DNA of 63,498 nt, filler included, from Folioceros fuciformis (taxonomy: Eukaryota), in assembly GCA_049999805.1 (NCBI GenBank). It is 16 parts of 16 records of this genome, joined end to end, with 100 filler letters (N's around TTAATTAATTAA, not from the genome) between each part and the next. Parts side by side here need not be neighbours in the genome. Positions count along the whole stretch, not along the records: positions 22,661 to 25,566 come from JBNGIO010002312.1; positions 25,667 to 28,558 come from JBNGIO010002313.1; positions 28,659 to 31,370 come from JBNGIO010002314.1; positions 31,471 to 34,665 come from JBNGIO010002315.1; 12 more parts are not named here. The stretch is one strand, 5' to 3'. The notes beneath the pieces are model-generated. The model ran no database searches and was not told the DNA's origin. It saw nothing but the letters and a program-made list of their open reading frames with translations. The translations under genes and the position numbers were made by a program. Positions 22,740-34,765 of this stretch are shown here, one piece after another (the stretch's first letter is position 1; each line of letters starts with the position of its first letter).

Positions 22740-25566
22740 TGTTGGAATATGTACTTCAGCTAGATAGGTAGAGTTAGGGTTAGGGCACATTTCATGCCTT
22801 TAAGTTATGTATATATATATTAATAATAGGATATGAACCGGTGTTGCTGACCTAACCGCTAGGCCAGCAGACACGATGTTTGGTTGGTAGTCAGCAGACC
22901 TGCACCTACAAGAGGCTGCTGCTACATTGTAAATACGCACTTAATGTTTAATGTATTTTTCTAAGAATCTACTAGATAATAGACATGGTATCAGAGCATA
23001 TTTGAGCTATGCTGACGCGTGCGCTGGAGCGTGGGTAGATTGAAATTAAGAGGCTGCTGAATGCCTGACTGAATGGAACCGTGTGTCAGATCCCTGGAGG
23101 ACCCACGTCCTCGCAAGAATCGGCAACACCACCATAGATGTCAGCCTGTGCAAAATTCTTTGGACTGTAGCAACCATTACTACAGTCAGACAAGGCAGGC
23201 GCAGCAGGCTTGGCAAAGAAGAGCAGTTGGGAGGAATCATAGTCAATTTAATATTCACTCACCATCACTTGCACTATCAGCACTGTAGAAACCCCGGGCA
23301 TTCATCTTCAAATCCACATTGGGAGGGTAGATGTTCTAGTAGATCTCCTCGGCACAGAATTCAAGGAGTATCACACTATCCTAGAGAGCCCCCCATTAAG
23401 CATAAGAGAGAGAACATTGTTGTTAGTAAACTGCAAGTGTTAATTCATGCACTGTCAAAGTTAGCAGCTCAGTTTATGAGTCTGGATACTCACCTGCAGA
23501 ACTTGCAGAAGAAGTAAAAAAAAAAAAAAAAGGAGATGCTGTCATTGGCAGCAATAAATTAATGTGGACACCAACGTGGAGGGGTGCAACTGAGCTCTCA
23601 TGTGCTGAACAAGAAGATGAAGACATTGATGGTGTTCTTGACACAGAAGAGACAAGAACTAGTCCAGCATTAAGTGGAGCTGCTAGGCAAATTTCAACTG
23701 CACTCACAGCAGGTTGGTCAAGTACCTTGGGAGGACCAAGTGGGTCAGGAGGACCGGGAGGACCAGGAGGACCTGGTGGACCTGGTGGACCTGGAGCCCC
23801 TGGTGGACCTGGAGGGCCTCAACAATCTGCAGGTGGTGTAGCAGTACCTGCAGCTGCAGCAATGGCTGGCACTATATCAAACAGTTTTTCTGACTTTAAG
23901 GAGAAAGACAGGTTTGATGGGACTAACTTTGATGTGTGGTCCCTGCGTATGGAGATCTCTCTCAAGAGTAAAGAGCTATGGGATGTTGTGGCTGGCACAC
24001 TAGTCATGCCCGTAGATTTGGTTGCTGATCCACAAGGGGCTGCAACATTTACCAAAGCCAACAATCAGGCTTTGAATGTTATTCTTGGTGGAATATCATC
24101 AGAATGGATGAAAAATGTAGCAAGGAACCTTACAGCTAAGGGAATGTGGGATGCATTTGTTCTACAATACTCAAAGGCGAACATGATCTCACAAGTTGCT
24201 GCAAATTATAAGCTGAGATCCCTGCGCATGCGGGAGGGAGAGTCAGCAGAAAAAATATATCAGCACGTTCAGGGCAGCAAGAAATACACTGCATGCTACT
24301 GGAGATGTGATTTCTGATTTTCGTGTTGGAGCAATTTTCTTGAATTCATTGACCCCCGCATATCGCTCTTTTGTTTCAACACAAAATCAACTTGTTCGAG
24401 AAGCTGAAAGTAGAGTGAGAGGAACACAGAATCCTCCTACTCTGGATCTGAGCGAGATGTTTGGTGCTTTCCTACAAGAGGAAGCACAGATGGAGGGATC
24501 AACACTTGGAAGAGGATGTGACAAAGCACATGCATTGTACACGGAGAAAGGAAAGTTCAAAAAGAAGTGGGGAAACAAGTCTTACCCAGCTTCAAAATCT
24601 CCATCATCTGGAGCTGGAACCTCGAAGAAGAGGCCAGGAAACTGCAGGTGGTGTGGTCTTCCTAACCACTGGGAAAGGGAGTGCCGGAAAAAGGCAGCAG
24701 GTGAGCCCAAGAAGGAACCTGCAGCAAGCACACATGTGACAACAAAGAAACCCTCCAGAGGAGCGCATGTAATCCTTACAGTGTGTTTAGCCAGTTCATC
24801 TATAAGGATGAATTCCTGGTTTGTAAACTCAGGAGCGACAGCCCACATTTGTCATAACCGTCAATGCTTCTCTACATATGAAGAATCAAAAGACAGCCAA
24901 TTTGTTTTGCTTGGAGATGAAAGTGGTCTTGCCATCAAAGGTCAGGGTTCAGTACCTGTTGCAATGGCGGATGGCAGCATCGTTGAGCTGGGGGACGTTC
25001 TCCATGTTCCTGCTATGACAAAACATCTTGTGTCAGTACGCCAGTTATGCAAGACTGGTCTATATACAGTGCATTTTTCATATGATGACTGCGAAATTAG
25101 GAGAAGACATACAAACCATGTGGTGACTCGTGGAACTGAATACAACGAGCTGTATAAATTAGATGTGAAGCCCACGCACCCATTGAAGAAGTCTGTGAAT
25201 ATTGCTCATGCTGGGACTATCATGGAGACAGCAAGAGTGGAACCTGCATCCAAAACACATGTCAGTAATAGTGCTGTACCTAACAATACTAAGCTATGGC
25301 ACCTACGTCTAGGGCATCCCCATGCACAAAGACTGTACAAGCTGTCAACATCTGATCTGTATAAGGATGGGATAAAGGACAAGCTTGCTGACTTACCTTT
25401 GTGTGAAGCTTGTGTTTTTGGGAAACAACATGAGCTCCCATTCAGAAACAAGTCTGCAGAGAGAGCAAAGGAAGTATTAGAGTTAGTACATGCTGATATT
25501 TGTGGGCCAATCTCAAGTAAGTCAATCAGTGGAGCTGAGTACTTTATCTCTTTTATCGATGACTAC
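22740..25566 (+). mobile_element. Ty1/Copia 5' half: LTR 22740-22985, PBS 22986-22997, gag-PR-IN start (~23476-25566, frameshifts at A-runs)
   Basis: TGTTGG...TAGACA followed by exact TGGTATCAGAGC; FDGTNFDVWSLRM..L..KELW, CRWCGLPNHWEREC, WFVNSGATAHIC, LWHLRLGH, LELVHADICGP. Confidence 0.95.
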
Positions 25567-25899
25567 NNNNNNNNNNNNNNNNNNNNNNNNNNNNNNNNNN
25601 NNNNNNNNNNTTAATTAATTAANNNNNNNNNNNNNNNNNNNNNNNNNNNNNNNNNNNNNNNNNNNNAACTTGTTTTAACCTCCTTTGAGCATGGCGGGGG
25701 TGACATCTCAACAATTAGTACAAACTCAATAAACTGGATTAGCACTAATTAATCTCAACATTAATTATGCTTAACACATTACACATTGACCTCACACCTA
25801 TTCTAGCAAGGATTGCATTTGCATTGCCATGGACAGGTTCTCCAAAGTTTGCCAGTTTACATCCAACATTACTACCTCCAAGTTGGTCGAAATATTTGT

Positions 25900-26300
25900 T
25901 GAGGATATTTTTCTGGTTCCATGGAGCCCCATAAGGCTGTTGTTTCAAATAGGGACATGAAGTTCACTTGCGGGTTTTGATAGACCTTCGTGGACACCCT
26001 AGACACCAAACAAAGCATGTCCACGGCACATCATCCAAAGTCAAATGGGCAAACTAAAAATTGAACCAAGTGATGGAGGACACATTGTGACACTTCATTG
26101 AAAAGAAACATGGCAAATGGGAGGAATTACTGCCCTTAATTGAGTGTGCGTACAACACATTGAAGCACACAACTACAAGTGCGATTCCCTTCATGGCAAA
26201 TGGGAGGAACTACTGTGCTTAATTGAGTGTGCGTACAACACATTGAAGCACATGGCCACAAGTGCGATTCCCTTCAAGCTCCTCTCAAGAGAAACTCCAT
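25900..26300 (+). pseudogene. Highly decayed Gypsy integrase core fragment with an 83-bp tandem duplication
   Basis: SNRDMKFT, MSTAHHPKSNGQT, WEELLPLIECAYN. Duplicated units start at 26109 and 26192. Confidence 0.75.
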
Positions 26301-27329
26301 CGCCACCTTGTTTACGTCTAAGTAGGTAGGGATGCTAGCAGAGTGCCAAATTGTGAAATTGGAAAGGGCCAATATAGAGGACGAAGCTTGCTTGAGTTAA
26401 GCTTTTGATCTAGTTCAATCAAAGGCCTTACACATCAAACCTATGTCATTTATAAGCTCTTGAGATGTGAAATTTTTTCTAAGAAATAAGGGATATCATT
26501 GGTGGTAGATGATGAAATATATTATTGTCTATTATTGAAAAGAGATGGAAAGTCTCATCTACTCCAAAGATTGGAAGAACAACTCGAGTAGGGCCAAAGG
26601 CCAAAAGGATGATGAAAAGACACCTATGTCAAAAAGTAAAATAAAAAAGTACTAAAAGAACACTAGAAAGAAATCCCCTTTTTTGATAGTTCAAGCCAAA
26701 ACTCAAGAGTCCCCTAATCATAACATCCAAATGATTGTAGAAGCTGCTCTTTGTAGCTTGCACTCTAAAACTTACTTGGGATTTTTGGAAAATTATCAGG
26801 AAAATCAAATGTAAAAATAACCATGCATGCTAAGGATGCCTGCGAGTGTTGGACGTAACCTCATTGATGTCAAGCTAATGTGGGGCAAGGGAGTGTTGAA
26901 AGCCGAATGATGGAATCCCATAAAGGTTGGTTAAGCCATTGGGTTAGCCCTCCTCACCCCATTCAACAATTATTTTGCCACTTTGTACTATATATAATCA
27001 AGCATAACATAAGCATGTTAGAACTTGAAGTATTCAAGAAGAAAATAATATTTGCTTTAAAAACATTTTTAATTAAGATATTAATTATTTTAAGTTTTTA
27101 TTTATTTATTTAGATATAAAAATGCTTGAAATCTTCATAGGGACACAAAAGTGTATGATATGGGTTATTTTCTATTATTGAAAAATAGTGGGAAAGTCCC
27201 ATCCACTCCAAACATTGGAGGAACAACCCAAGCAAGGCTAATGGCCCCAAAAGGGGTACTAGCCCCTTCGAACATCATTTTCAAAAATTACTTACTACTC
27301 CCAAAATGTGGAATTGTAAAAGGTCTACC

Positions 27330-27945
27330 TACAACATATGCCAAAGACGGCACTTGACCTTCAATTATTGCTGCTCTAAAAAAAGCCTCGTTGGCCAATG
27401 TTCTTTGGAAAACAATAGATACGCGTCAAAAGAAGGCCACCATAGAGAAAAGAGAATGAACATCATTTGTATGACTTTGATAAATCTTTGTGCACTCATT
27501 GATAAACCTTGAAAAGTCCTTGTCCATGGCCCCACGAGTCTTAAGAGCAAGGGGGATGAAAATATGCCGTCTTGCAAGGGAGCATACTTATGGACTTTGG
27601 CACTTCCAAAACCCTCCGCCACTCATCCAAGGGAGTTCATGATGGTATGCTTGCAAATCGAATCCCTAGTAGGATCTGCAACAACCACATTAGCGACACA
27701 AACATGTTCCCCTTAGTGAAAAAAGGTAAGCTCTAAGTGCCAACCCCATTGCAAAAGTATATGGACGCTCCCCGTATGGAAGAGAGCTACATTCCCTAGC
27801 CATTGAGAACATAACATTCCGAATTGCATCATGGGCAATGTGATGCCCCTCGATAGGACAACGTGCCAGATGGGACCCGACAATTACAACCCCACAATTG
27901 TATGTTCATTGATATGGGTGCAAATTCAATCTAAAAAGGAACCAA
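27330..27945 (-). pseudogene. CRE-type non-LTR retrotransposon C-terminus (zinc motif plus restriction-like endonuclease), decayed
   Basis: Manual translation across two frameshifts: CG..IVGSHLARCPIEGHHIAHDAIRNVMFSMARE...LRAYLF...VCVANVVVADPTR...AKVHKYAPL..HIFIPLALKTRGAM...FINEC...RVSIVFQRTLA. Confidence 0.75.
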
Positions 27946-30099
27946 ACTTTCTCCAAGATTAAAATATATATATATTCACACTTTCTAGATCTTACACGAA
28001 CTTGCCTATGAATTTTTATACATTATTAATTATAAATGATAATTTCTACATCATATACTTTTATCAAGTGTTACTGATACTATCTTAGATTAACCATGAC
28101 TTGAATCTTTGGAGTAACTTTTATTGATCAGAAAAGCTTGAAAACTTACGAAAAGAGAGAAATAAATTACTTCATGAAAATAAAAACAATATTCAGGAGA
28201 AAACGTCTCCAAAGTTTAGTTCTGGTGGAGGCGATGAGCTAAATGAGAGGGTATATTTGTATTATATTTTACTATATATTCAAACTGCATCTTATAGCAT
28301 AAAATGAAGGAATTTAATAATAGTTAAAATATATTTTTTCTCATTCAAGACACAAAAGAAATTGCATATATGATTTAAAAGAGGGAGGGTTCATATAAAA
28401 ATTCATTTTATGAATTCCTTAATAAAATATTTATTGTCAAAATTGTGCAATAATCTGCTTTAAAGTAAAAATATTTGCATAAGTATGTTTAAATATACTT
28501 CCTTCTTGCTATAGGACTGAGTTCTATAGCCAATACATATATCATAGTCCAAATAGCANNNNNNNNNNNNNNNNNNNNNNNNNNNNNNNNNNNNNNNNNN
28601 NNTTAATTAATTAANNNNNNNNNNNNNNNNNNNNNNNNNNNNNNNNNNNNNNNNNNNNATTTTAGTAGGTAATATTTTGTTTTTAGTGCTATCTATTTTA
28701 CTGAATTCAAACCTCATCCAAGAGCTACTATTATTGTAAAACATATTTTGACCGTGATTTTATTGTGTTAATTAAGTTAAAAGTAAACTATGTATAGTTT
28801 AAGGATGAAGTATAAACATTTTAAACTTGAAGGCATCTCAAAATTAGGTGATCATCCATACACTCAATTGCTCTTTCATTCAATTTTTTCTTTAAATCAA
28901 ACATGATGAGTTGAAAGGTAGATGTTGAAGGAAGTAATAGCTATCCAATTGATGCTAATTTACATCCTACTAGATTATCATACAGAATTAAGAGTTAACA
29001 AACTTTTTGTTTAAATTCAAAAGCTTATATATTTGATAAATATTATAAAAATTAATAAAAGAATTTTTATTCATAATAAAAAATAATATATATGAAAAAT
29101 AATAATTTTAGCGAAAACTTAGTCATCCTATACCAATAATCAATTTAGATATGAGATCGTATATGGCCTAAAATAGGATGGTAGTAGGCAACAATTCAGG
29201 GGAACAAAATGTTATCTCTCTTCATTAAGTATAGAAATTCGTTTTATTTATCTTTGTACAAACTATTCTATAATTAGTCTTCTTGTGCGTAAGCTTTTTC
29301 TCTCCTTGTCTAATTTATTATAATTTAAATGTGACAAGTCCTACATTGTATTTTTGGTTAGGACTTTACTTTTCTATCCGTAATCTTTTTATTCATAAGT
29401 TTTCTCTCTCCTTGTCTAGCTTATAATAATTAAAGTTTGATTTGTTCTATATTATAATTCTACTTTATGTTTAGAGTTTCTTCTAGTTTAATTTTATAAT
29501 AATTATGCTTTGATTTGCCTTATTTTTTGTTCATGCTTCGTATTAGGAGCCTACATTTTTTATAGAACAGAATATTAACATTACATCTTTTATATACTAT
29601 TCTTTATAGATATTAAAAAAAAAAAATCAACTCACTTTGTATTTGTGTTCTATGCTAAGAGGTCCTTCAATAGCATTTTGTGTTATGAGGTACCTCCCCA
29701 TCATATGGTGATATTCGGGTTTTTCTCTCTACAATTCCTTGTAGATAATATAAAGTAAAAACATTAAATCATTTAGCCTTGTGGATTGAGTTACGTGGAA
29801 CGTTGAAATGAAGTAAACTAGTATTTATGTAAATGTTTCATTGCATCTTGAAAAATGGAACTTAAAATATGCCCTTGCTAAGAACCATAAAAAAGCATAC
29901 AAATGGAATAGAAATACGGAAGAATATTTAGTGAGGTACTTAGGTCGTTGTGAGACCTAGAGATAGTATCACACTAAAAATCCAGATTGGGGTTAAAAAT
30001 CATCCAAAATCCACGGGTCAGTAATGTAGCACATGAAGAGAGTGCCTATGGTCCTCTCTCTTTTTATGTAAAGTATTATTTTTAATAATATAATATAAT

Positions 30100-30315
30100 A
30101 TAATATTGATATAGGGTAGAAAACTTTGACATAAAAAATCAATACAAAAGTTTCTATTTAATATAATATTAAATACTAGATATATTACTGATATGATGTA
30201 GATCAACTTTGAAGTCAAAGACCAATACAATTTTATTTATTTATTTATTTTAATATAATATATTATGATAATAATATGATGTAGATGAACTTTGACATCA
30301 AAGACCAATACAAAC
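30100..30315. repeat. Degenerate AT-rich tandem repeat, about 3 copies
   Basis: Core gtagaNNaactttgaNNtcaaagaccaatacaa recurs near 30116, 30197 and 30281. Confidence 0.7.
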
Positions 30316-31789
30316 TCTTCTATCAAGGCAAAAGATTCCATGTCAAAGAATAATTTCTAAACAAGTGTACACACGTTTGGATAAGCAAGCATAACAGTTT
30401 TGAAAACTCTTTAGTCAATTTTTTGTTATTAACATGGTTGACTCATGAAATATGGGTACAAACCCCAACATGGAAGCTTTTAAAGTATGGAAGCTTACTA
30501 AAAGTCTTGTAAGGATTTCGTGGTTCATAAAGATTATTTAATAATAATAATAATAATGATAGTAAAACAAAAAAAATTACATCTACATGTTGAGATATAA
30601 TAATGGATAAGTATGATCCACAAGGGGTTGAATATGGATAATGTCTTATCCTCTATACTTAATGGAACGACAATAGGAGTTGAGGAGGTTCTATCTTTTA
30701 CTCTATCGGTAAGTATTCCTTTCCTATGCATAATTTTGATATCCTTGGCATTGTGAACAATTACAAGATTGGCGACAATGAGGGCTAGTCTTCTTTGATC
30801 CAATGCCTGGTTTAAGGTTGATTTCCCTTGTATTGGTCATATGGGTTTCTCATGTGCTTATTCTATCAACTGCTTTGGTGGACTTGTGATGGGCTGTTGA
30901 TTGAAAAGGGAAAAGATAGAGAGAGAATCATTGTAGACTACCATCTCTCCTCGTCAAGGACTCGAGGGTCAATGTGAATAGGAAGAAGAAGAAGCATTAC
31001 TTGCTTTTGCTGCCTGGTAAAGGGTTGCCAAGGGGGAAGAAATGTCACCCACTATTTCCTTGTCTCTCCTAGTGAAGAACCCAAGGGTCAATGTAAGTAG
31101 GACAAAGAAGTAGTGGTCAAGACATATGCTTTTTTCCACCTTGTGATCGATTGATGCTTGAGAGGGTCTCTTGATAGGCAATGGAGTCTAGGAGTTGGAG
31201 ATAAGTTGTGAAACAAATTTTCTCTTTTTATATTTAAAAATCTTCTTGTTATTTTCTAGAAATAAAAGAAAAAATACTACTTTTCTTCCGTGCATATCTA
31301 TAAAATCTTCGTCCCACTTTCTAAAAGAGTTGGGAATGGTGCCTCTTCTTACATGTGTGTAGGATAATAGNNNNNNNNNNNNNNNNNNNNNNNNNNNNNN
31401 NNNNNNNNNNNNNNTTAATTAATTAANNNNNNNNNNNNNNNNNNNNNNNNNNNNNNNNNNNNNNNNNNNNCCAGAAGGCGGTGATCTGACAGTGCTTCTG
31501 GTGATCTGACAGTTGATGATACCAGGAGGCGATTATGTATTTCTATGTTACATTGCAGGAAGTTACTTGGTGGAGGTGAGACTGAAGCCACTTCCACCGT
31601 GGGGAATTGCAATAAAGCGGTGGCTGCTATGTCTGCTGTTGCCGAGTTCATACCTTCACAGGCATCCAAAACCGGATCCAAGCCATGGGTAGAAACGGCA
31701 ATATGTATTATTGTTGCCACTGCCCCTACGGCTGCAGCAGCCACTCGCACGTCCAGAGAGGCTATCAAAGTAGAGACGTGACAACTGAC

Positions 31790-33380
31790 GATCATGAAAT
31801 ACGGTCTTGCAATGCTTGCACGTTCAGCATTTTCTTTTTTGGAACAACGAAGGGTTTGGAGTGGCCCCTAAGTACAGGGTATGCACGCGTACACCACGCT
31901 CCGACACACAGCGGCTTGCTTCACCTGCCATCCTGCTCGGATGGCGGGCACACGCTGCTGATCCTGCGTAGGGATAAGACAAGAGGATGCTGTAGTTTTC
32001 GCCTATGTAGCATCTGTGATCTCTCTGATGGGGAGCACAGTACGGATAGATGAATTCTTGTTACGAACTATCATGTCATTAGGCATTACATTGCCACAGT
32101 GGCTTGCGTGTACAAGCGTAGGTCAGAGCCACAGATTCCGAGGCTCCAATCCCAACCTGAGGCCAAAACAGTCAACCGATCAGGTTATTCATTACCAGCA
32201 TGAAACGACACCCAGTGAACAATCAGCAAGACAAGAAGACCAGGAAGTTCACGCTACCTACCTAGCTCTTAAGCCAACTGGCATCATCATCCTGTCCAGG
32301 GTAAGCAGTTTCCGGTTTCCTGAGCAGCCACTCGCACACAAACAGGCCAGATTTTGACAGGCAGTCGCTTGGGTGGCAAAATTAGATCTAGAGACGTCAG
32401 GGGCGGGAATTACACACCATCTTAGGGCAGGTAACCTAGAACACGTTGTCTCCCACTCTTACATACAGTACCCCGCACGCTGCGGGTCAAACTCACAGCT
32501 CTGCCACCTGCAATCGGACGCCACTTGTTCGCTTCCGATTGCTGACCTTAGTATGCAATTACCCATCAACCGGAGAGGACTTGAACGTGCCTTCAAGATG
32601 GACGAGAGCAACCCAGGGTCTGACGCTGCTGCGGAAACGGCTACTGGTCGCCGCCTCCATGTGTTTCAAGCCGCAACGCCCAGTACAGTGCTCTGCTACT
32701 ACACACTTCGGGGTTCACGTGGATGTGTACAGGAGGAGTACAGTTGTCCTGAATAAAAATGTTGCGGCTGCTGGTGTTGGTCTCCAGTGGGTGACATCTC
32801 CCTGTGGTCAGCATCACGCTCCAGATCAAAATCCCAGGGGCTGTTTCCCAGCATGCCTCGACCTCTTTTACAACCCCGGCGGTGGAGATGTCGGAATTGT
32901 AGTCCCATCTTCTTGGCTACTTGCAATCCATATACAGTGCAGTACAGTGTACGGTCGCGACAAAGCGGAATGTGAGGTGTGGTGACAGGAGCGCGCTTGG
33001 CGGAGGGCCATGAAAGCATGATCTTCTGTTTTGGCCAGCGCACTCGTCGCAAAGCCCAGCATGCTCCTCAAGTTCCTTTGACACCGTGTGTTGCGGGACC
33101 GGCTGGAATCGGTCGGGATGGGATCGTGATATTGCCACTGTGGGTGTTTTCAGGCGTGGTGTTACAAATCTTGAGGCTTGAGGGCGCTTCACGCGTACCG
33201 GAAACAGAAGAAGAAGTACCCAGGACCCAGGAATAGGCAACCGTAGCAAGCGTCTGCTGTTCCAAATTCCATCGTGTGTGTCTGTGTACGCCAAGAGACT
33301 TGCAGCAACTGTGAGATCTGCTCCTGTTACTCCAACCTTCAATATTAGCAAACCATTTCATCGTGAGAGAAGGCAAGGGA
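31790..33380 (+). pseudogene. Decayed glycoside hydrolase family 9 endoglucanase
   Basis: RAFKMDESNPGSDAAAETA plus frameshifted LVAASMCFK..P (32586-32690) matches the GH9 PGSD..AETAAA.AAAS.VF motif. Weaker colinear matches: SIFFF...SGL...DG, FYNP..D...SSWL, QVPLTP, TPRDL. Possible intron 32301-32360. Confidence 0.55.
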
Positions 33381-33847
33381 ACATTCAGACGAGGATTAGG
33401 TCAGATTGTTCAGAGATGGACAGCGATCTGTTATCATAACATATGTCTACCCAGCTCTGACCATCGGATATAATGTCAGAGCGCGAAACAAGACTAGGTG
33501 CCTGTTGCGGTGAAGGACTGCACTGACAGAGGCCCTCCTTGGGCACAGGAAGTGAAACAGTGTAGTACAGTCTGACGCAAGAATTGAGATAGGCTGAATC
33601 AGATTAGCTGGCACGCTCTGTTACAATGAGATCAGCCGCCTAACCGTTGTGACGGCATTTCATAGTATTAGATACATACATACAATTCACACCCACCCAA
33701 CGCTGTGACGAGCCGTTCAACAAGCTCTCTTGAACGAAACGATGTCACTTATGCAAAAACATCAAGACTCAGGATGCACGCAATCCACTGCCTGCAATGT
33801 GAGATCCTAGCCAGACTGCGGCGGATGGTAAACTTCTCCGGCATTGC

Positions 33848-34663
33848 TCAGGGCTTCTTATGGTAGTACTTGGGGACGCACTCGCCCTTGGAGCAGTACT
33901 TCCCGGCGGGGCACACGTTGCCACAGGAGCCGCAGTTCTGGTTGTCACTGGAGCAGTCCAGGCAGCTTCCCTTGCAGCAAAGCGATCCCTTGGCGCAGGT
34001 CTTCCCACAGGCCCCACAGTTGTACTCGTCGTCGTAGAAGCTCACGCACTTGCCTCCGCAGCACGAGTGGCCAGCCCCGCACTTGTTGCCGCAGCTGCCG
34101 CAGTTGTAGGCGTCGTCCACGAAGCTCACGCACTTGCCGCTGCAGCAGGACTTGCCGGCCCCGCACTTGTTCCCGCACACGCCGCAGTTGTAAGCGTCGC
34201 TGGAGGTGGATAGACACTTCCCGCTGCAGCAGCTCTGCCCGGCCGCGCACTTGTTGCCGCACGACCCGCAGTTGTAGACATCAGAAGCGAAGCTCACGCA
34301 TTTCCCCCCGCAGCAGTAGGTCCCCGCAGGGCACTTGTTCCCGCACGAGCCGCAGTTGTAGCTGTCCGAGGCGGTGGAGATGCACTTCCCGCTGCAGCAG
34401 CTCTGGCCGTCCGCACACTTGTTACCGCACGACCCGCAGTTGTAGACATCAGAAGCGAAGCTCATGCATTTTCCCCCGCAGCAGTAGGTCCCCGCAGCGC
34501 ATTTGTTCCCGCACGAGCCGCAGTTGTAGTTGTCCGAGCCAGTGGAGATGCACTTCCCGCCGCAGCACGATTGCCCGGCTGCGCACTTGTTACCGCACGA
34601 CCCGCAGTTGTAGACATCGGAAGCGAAGCTCACGCATTTCCCCCCGCAGCAGTAGGTCCCCGC
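33848..34663 (-). CDS. Cys-rich STIG1-like tandem repeat protein, C-terminal part (at least 9 x 28 aa)
   Basis: Intact frame with unit CCxGKCxSxxxDxYNCGxCGxKCxxGxx, ending CSKGECVPKYYHKKP*. High GC at third positions. 5' end lies in the gap. Confidence 0.88.
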   Translation of the reverse strand, partial: AGTYCCGGKCVSFASDVYNCGSCGNKCAAGQSCCGGKCISTGSDNYNCGSCGNKCAAGTYCCGGKCMSFASDVYNCGSCGNKCADGQSCCSGKCISTASDSYNCGSCGNKCPAGTYCCGGKCVSFASDVYNCGSCGNKCAAGQSCCSGKCLSTSSDAYNCGVCGNKCGAGKSCCSGKCVSFVDDAYNCGSCGNKCGAGHSCCGGKCVSFYDDEYNCGACGKTCAKGSLCCKGSCLDCSSDNQNCGSCGNVCPAGKYCSKGECVPKYYHKKP

Positions 34664-34765
34664 AGNNNNNNNNNNNNNNNNNNNNNNNNNNNNNNNNNNN
34701 NNNNNNNNNTTAATTAATTAANNNNNNNNNNNNNNNNNNNNNNNNNNNNNNNNNNNNNNNNNNNN

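Noticed and set aside
22775..22786. TTAGGG doublets here and near 50500 as telomeric repeats
   Set aside because: Only two units each, inside or beside LTRs where such motifs are common.
33844..34713. 289-aa Arg/Ser/Cys-rich plus-strand ORF
   Set aside because: It is the antisense shadow of the GC-rich STIG1-like repeat gene.
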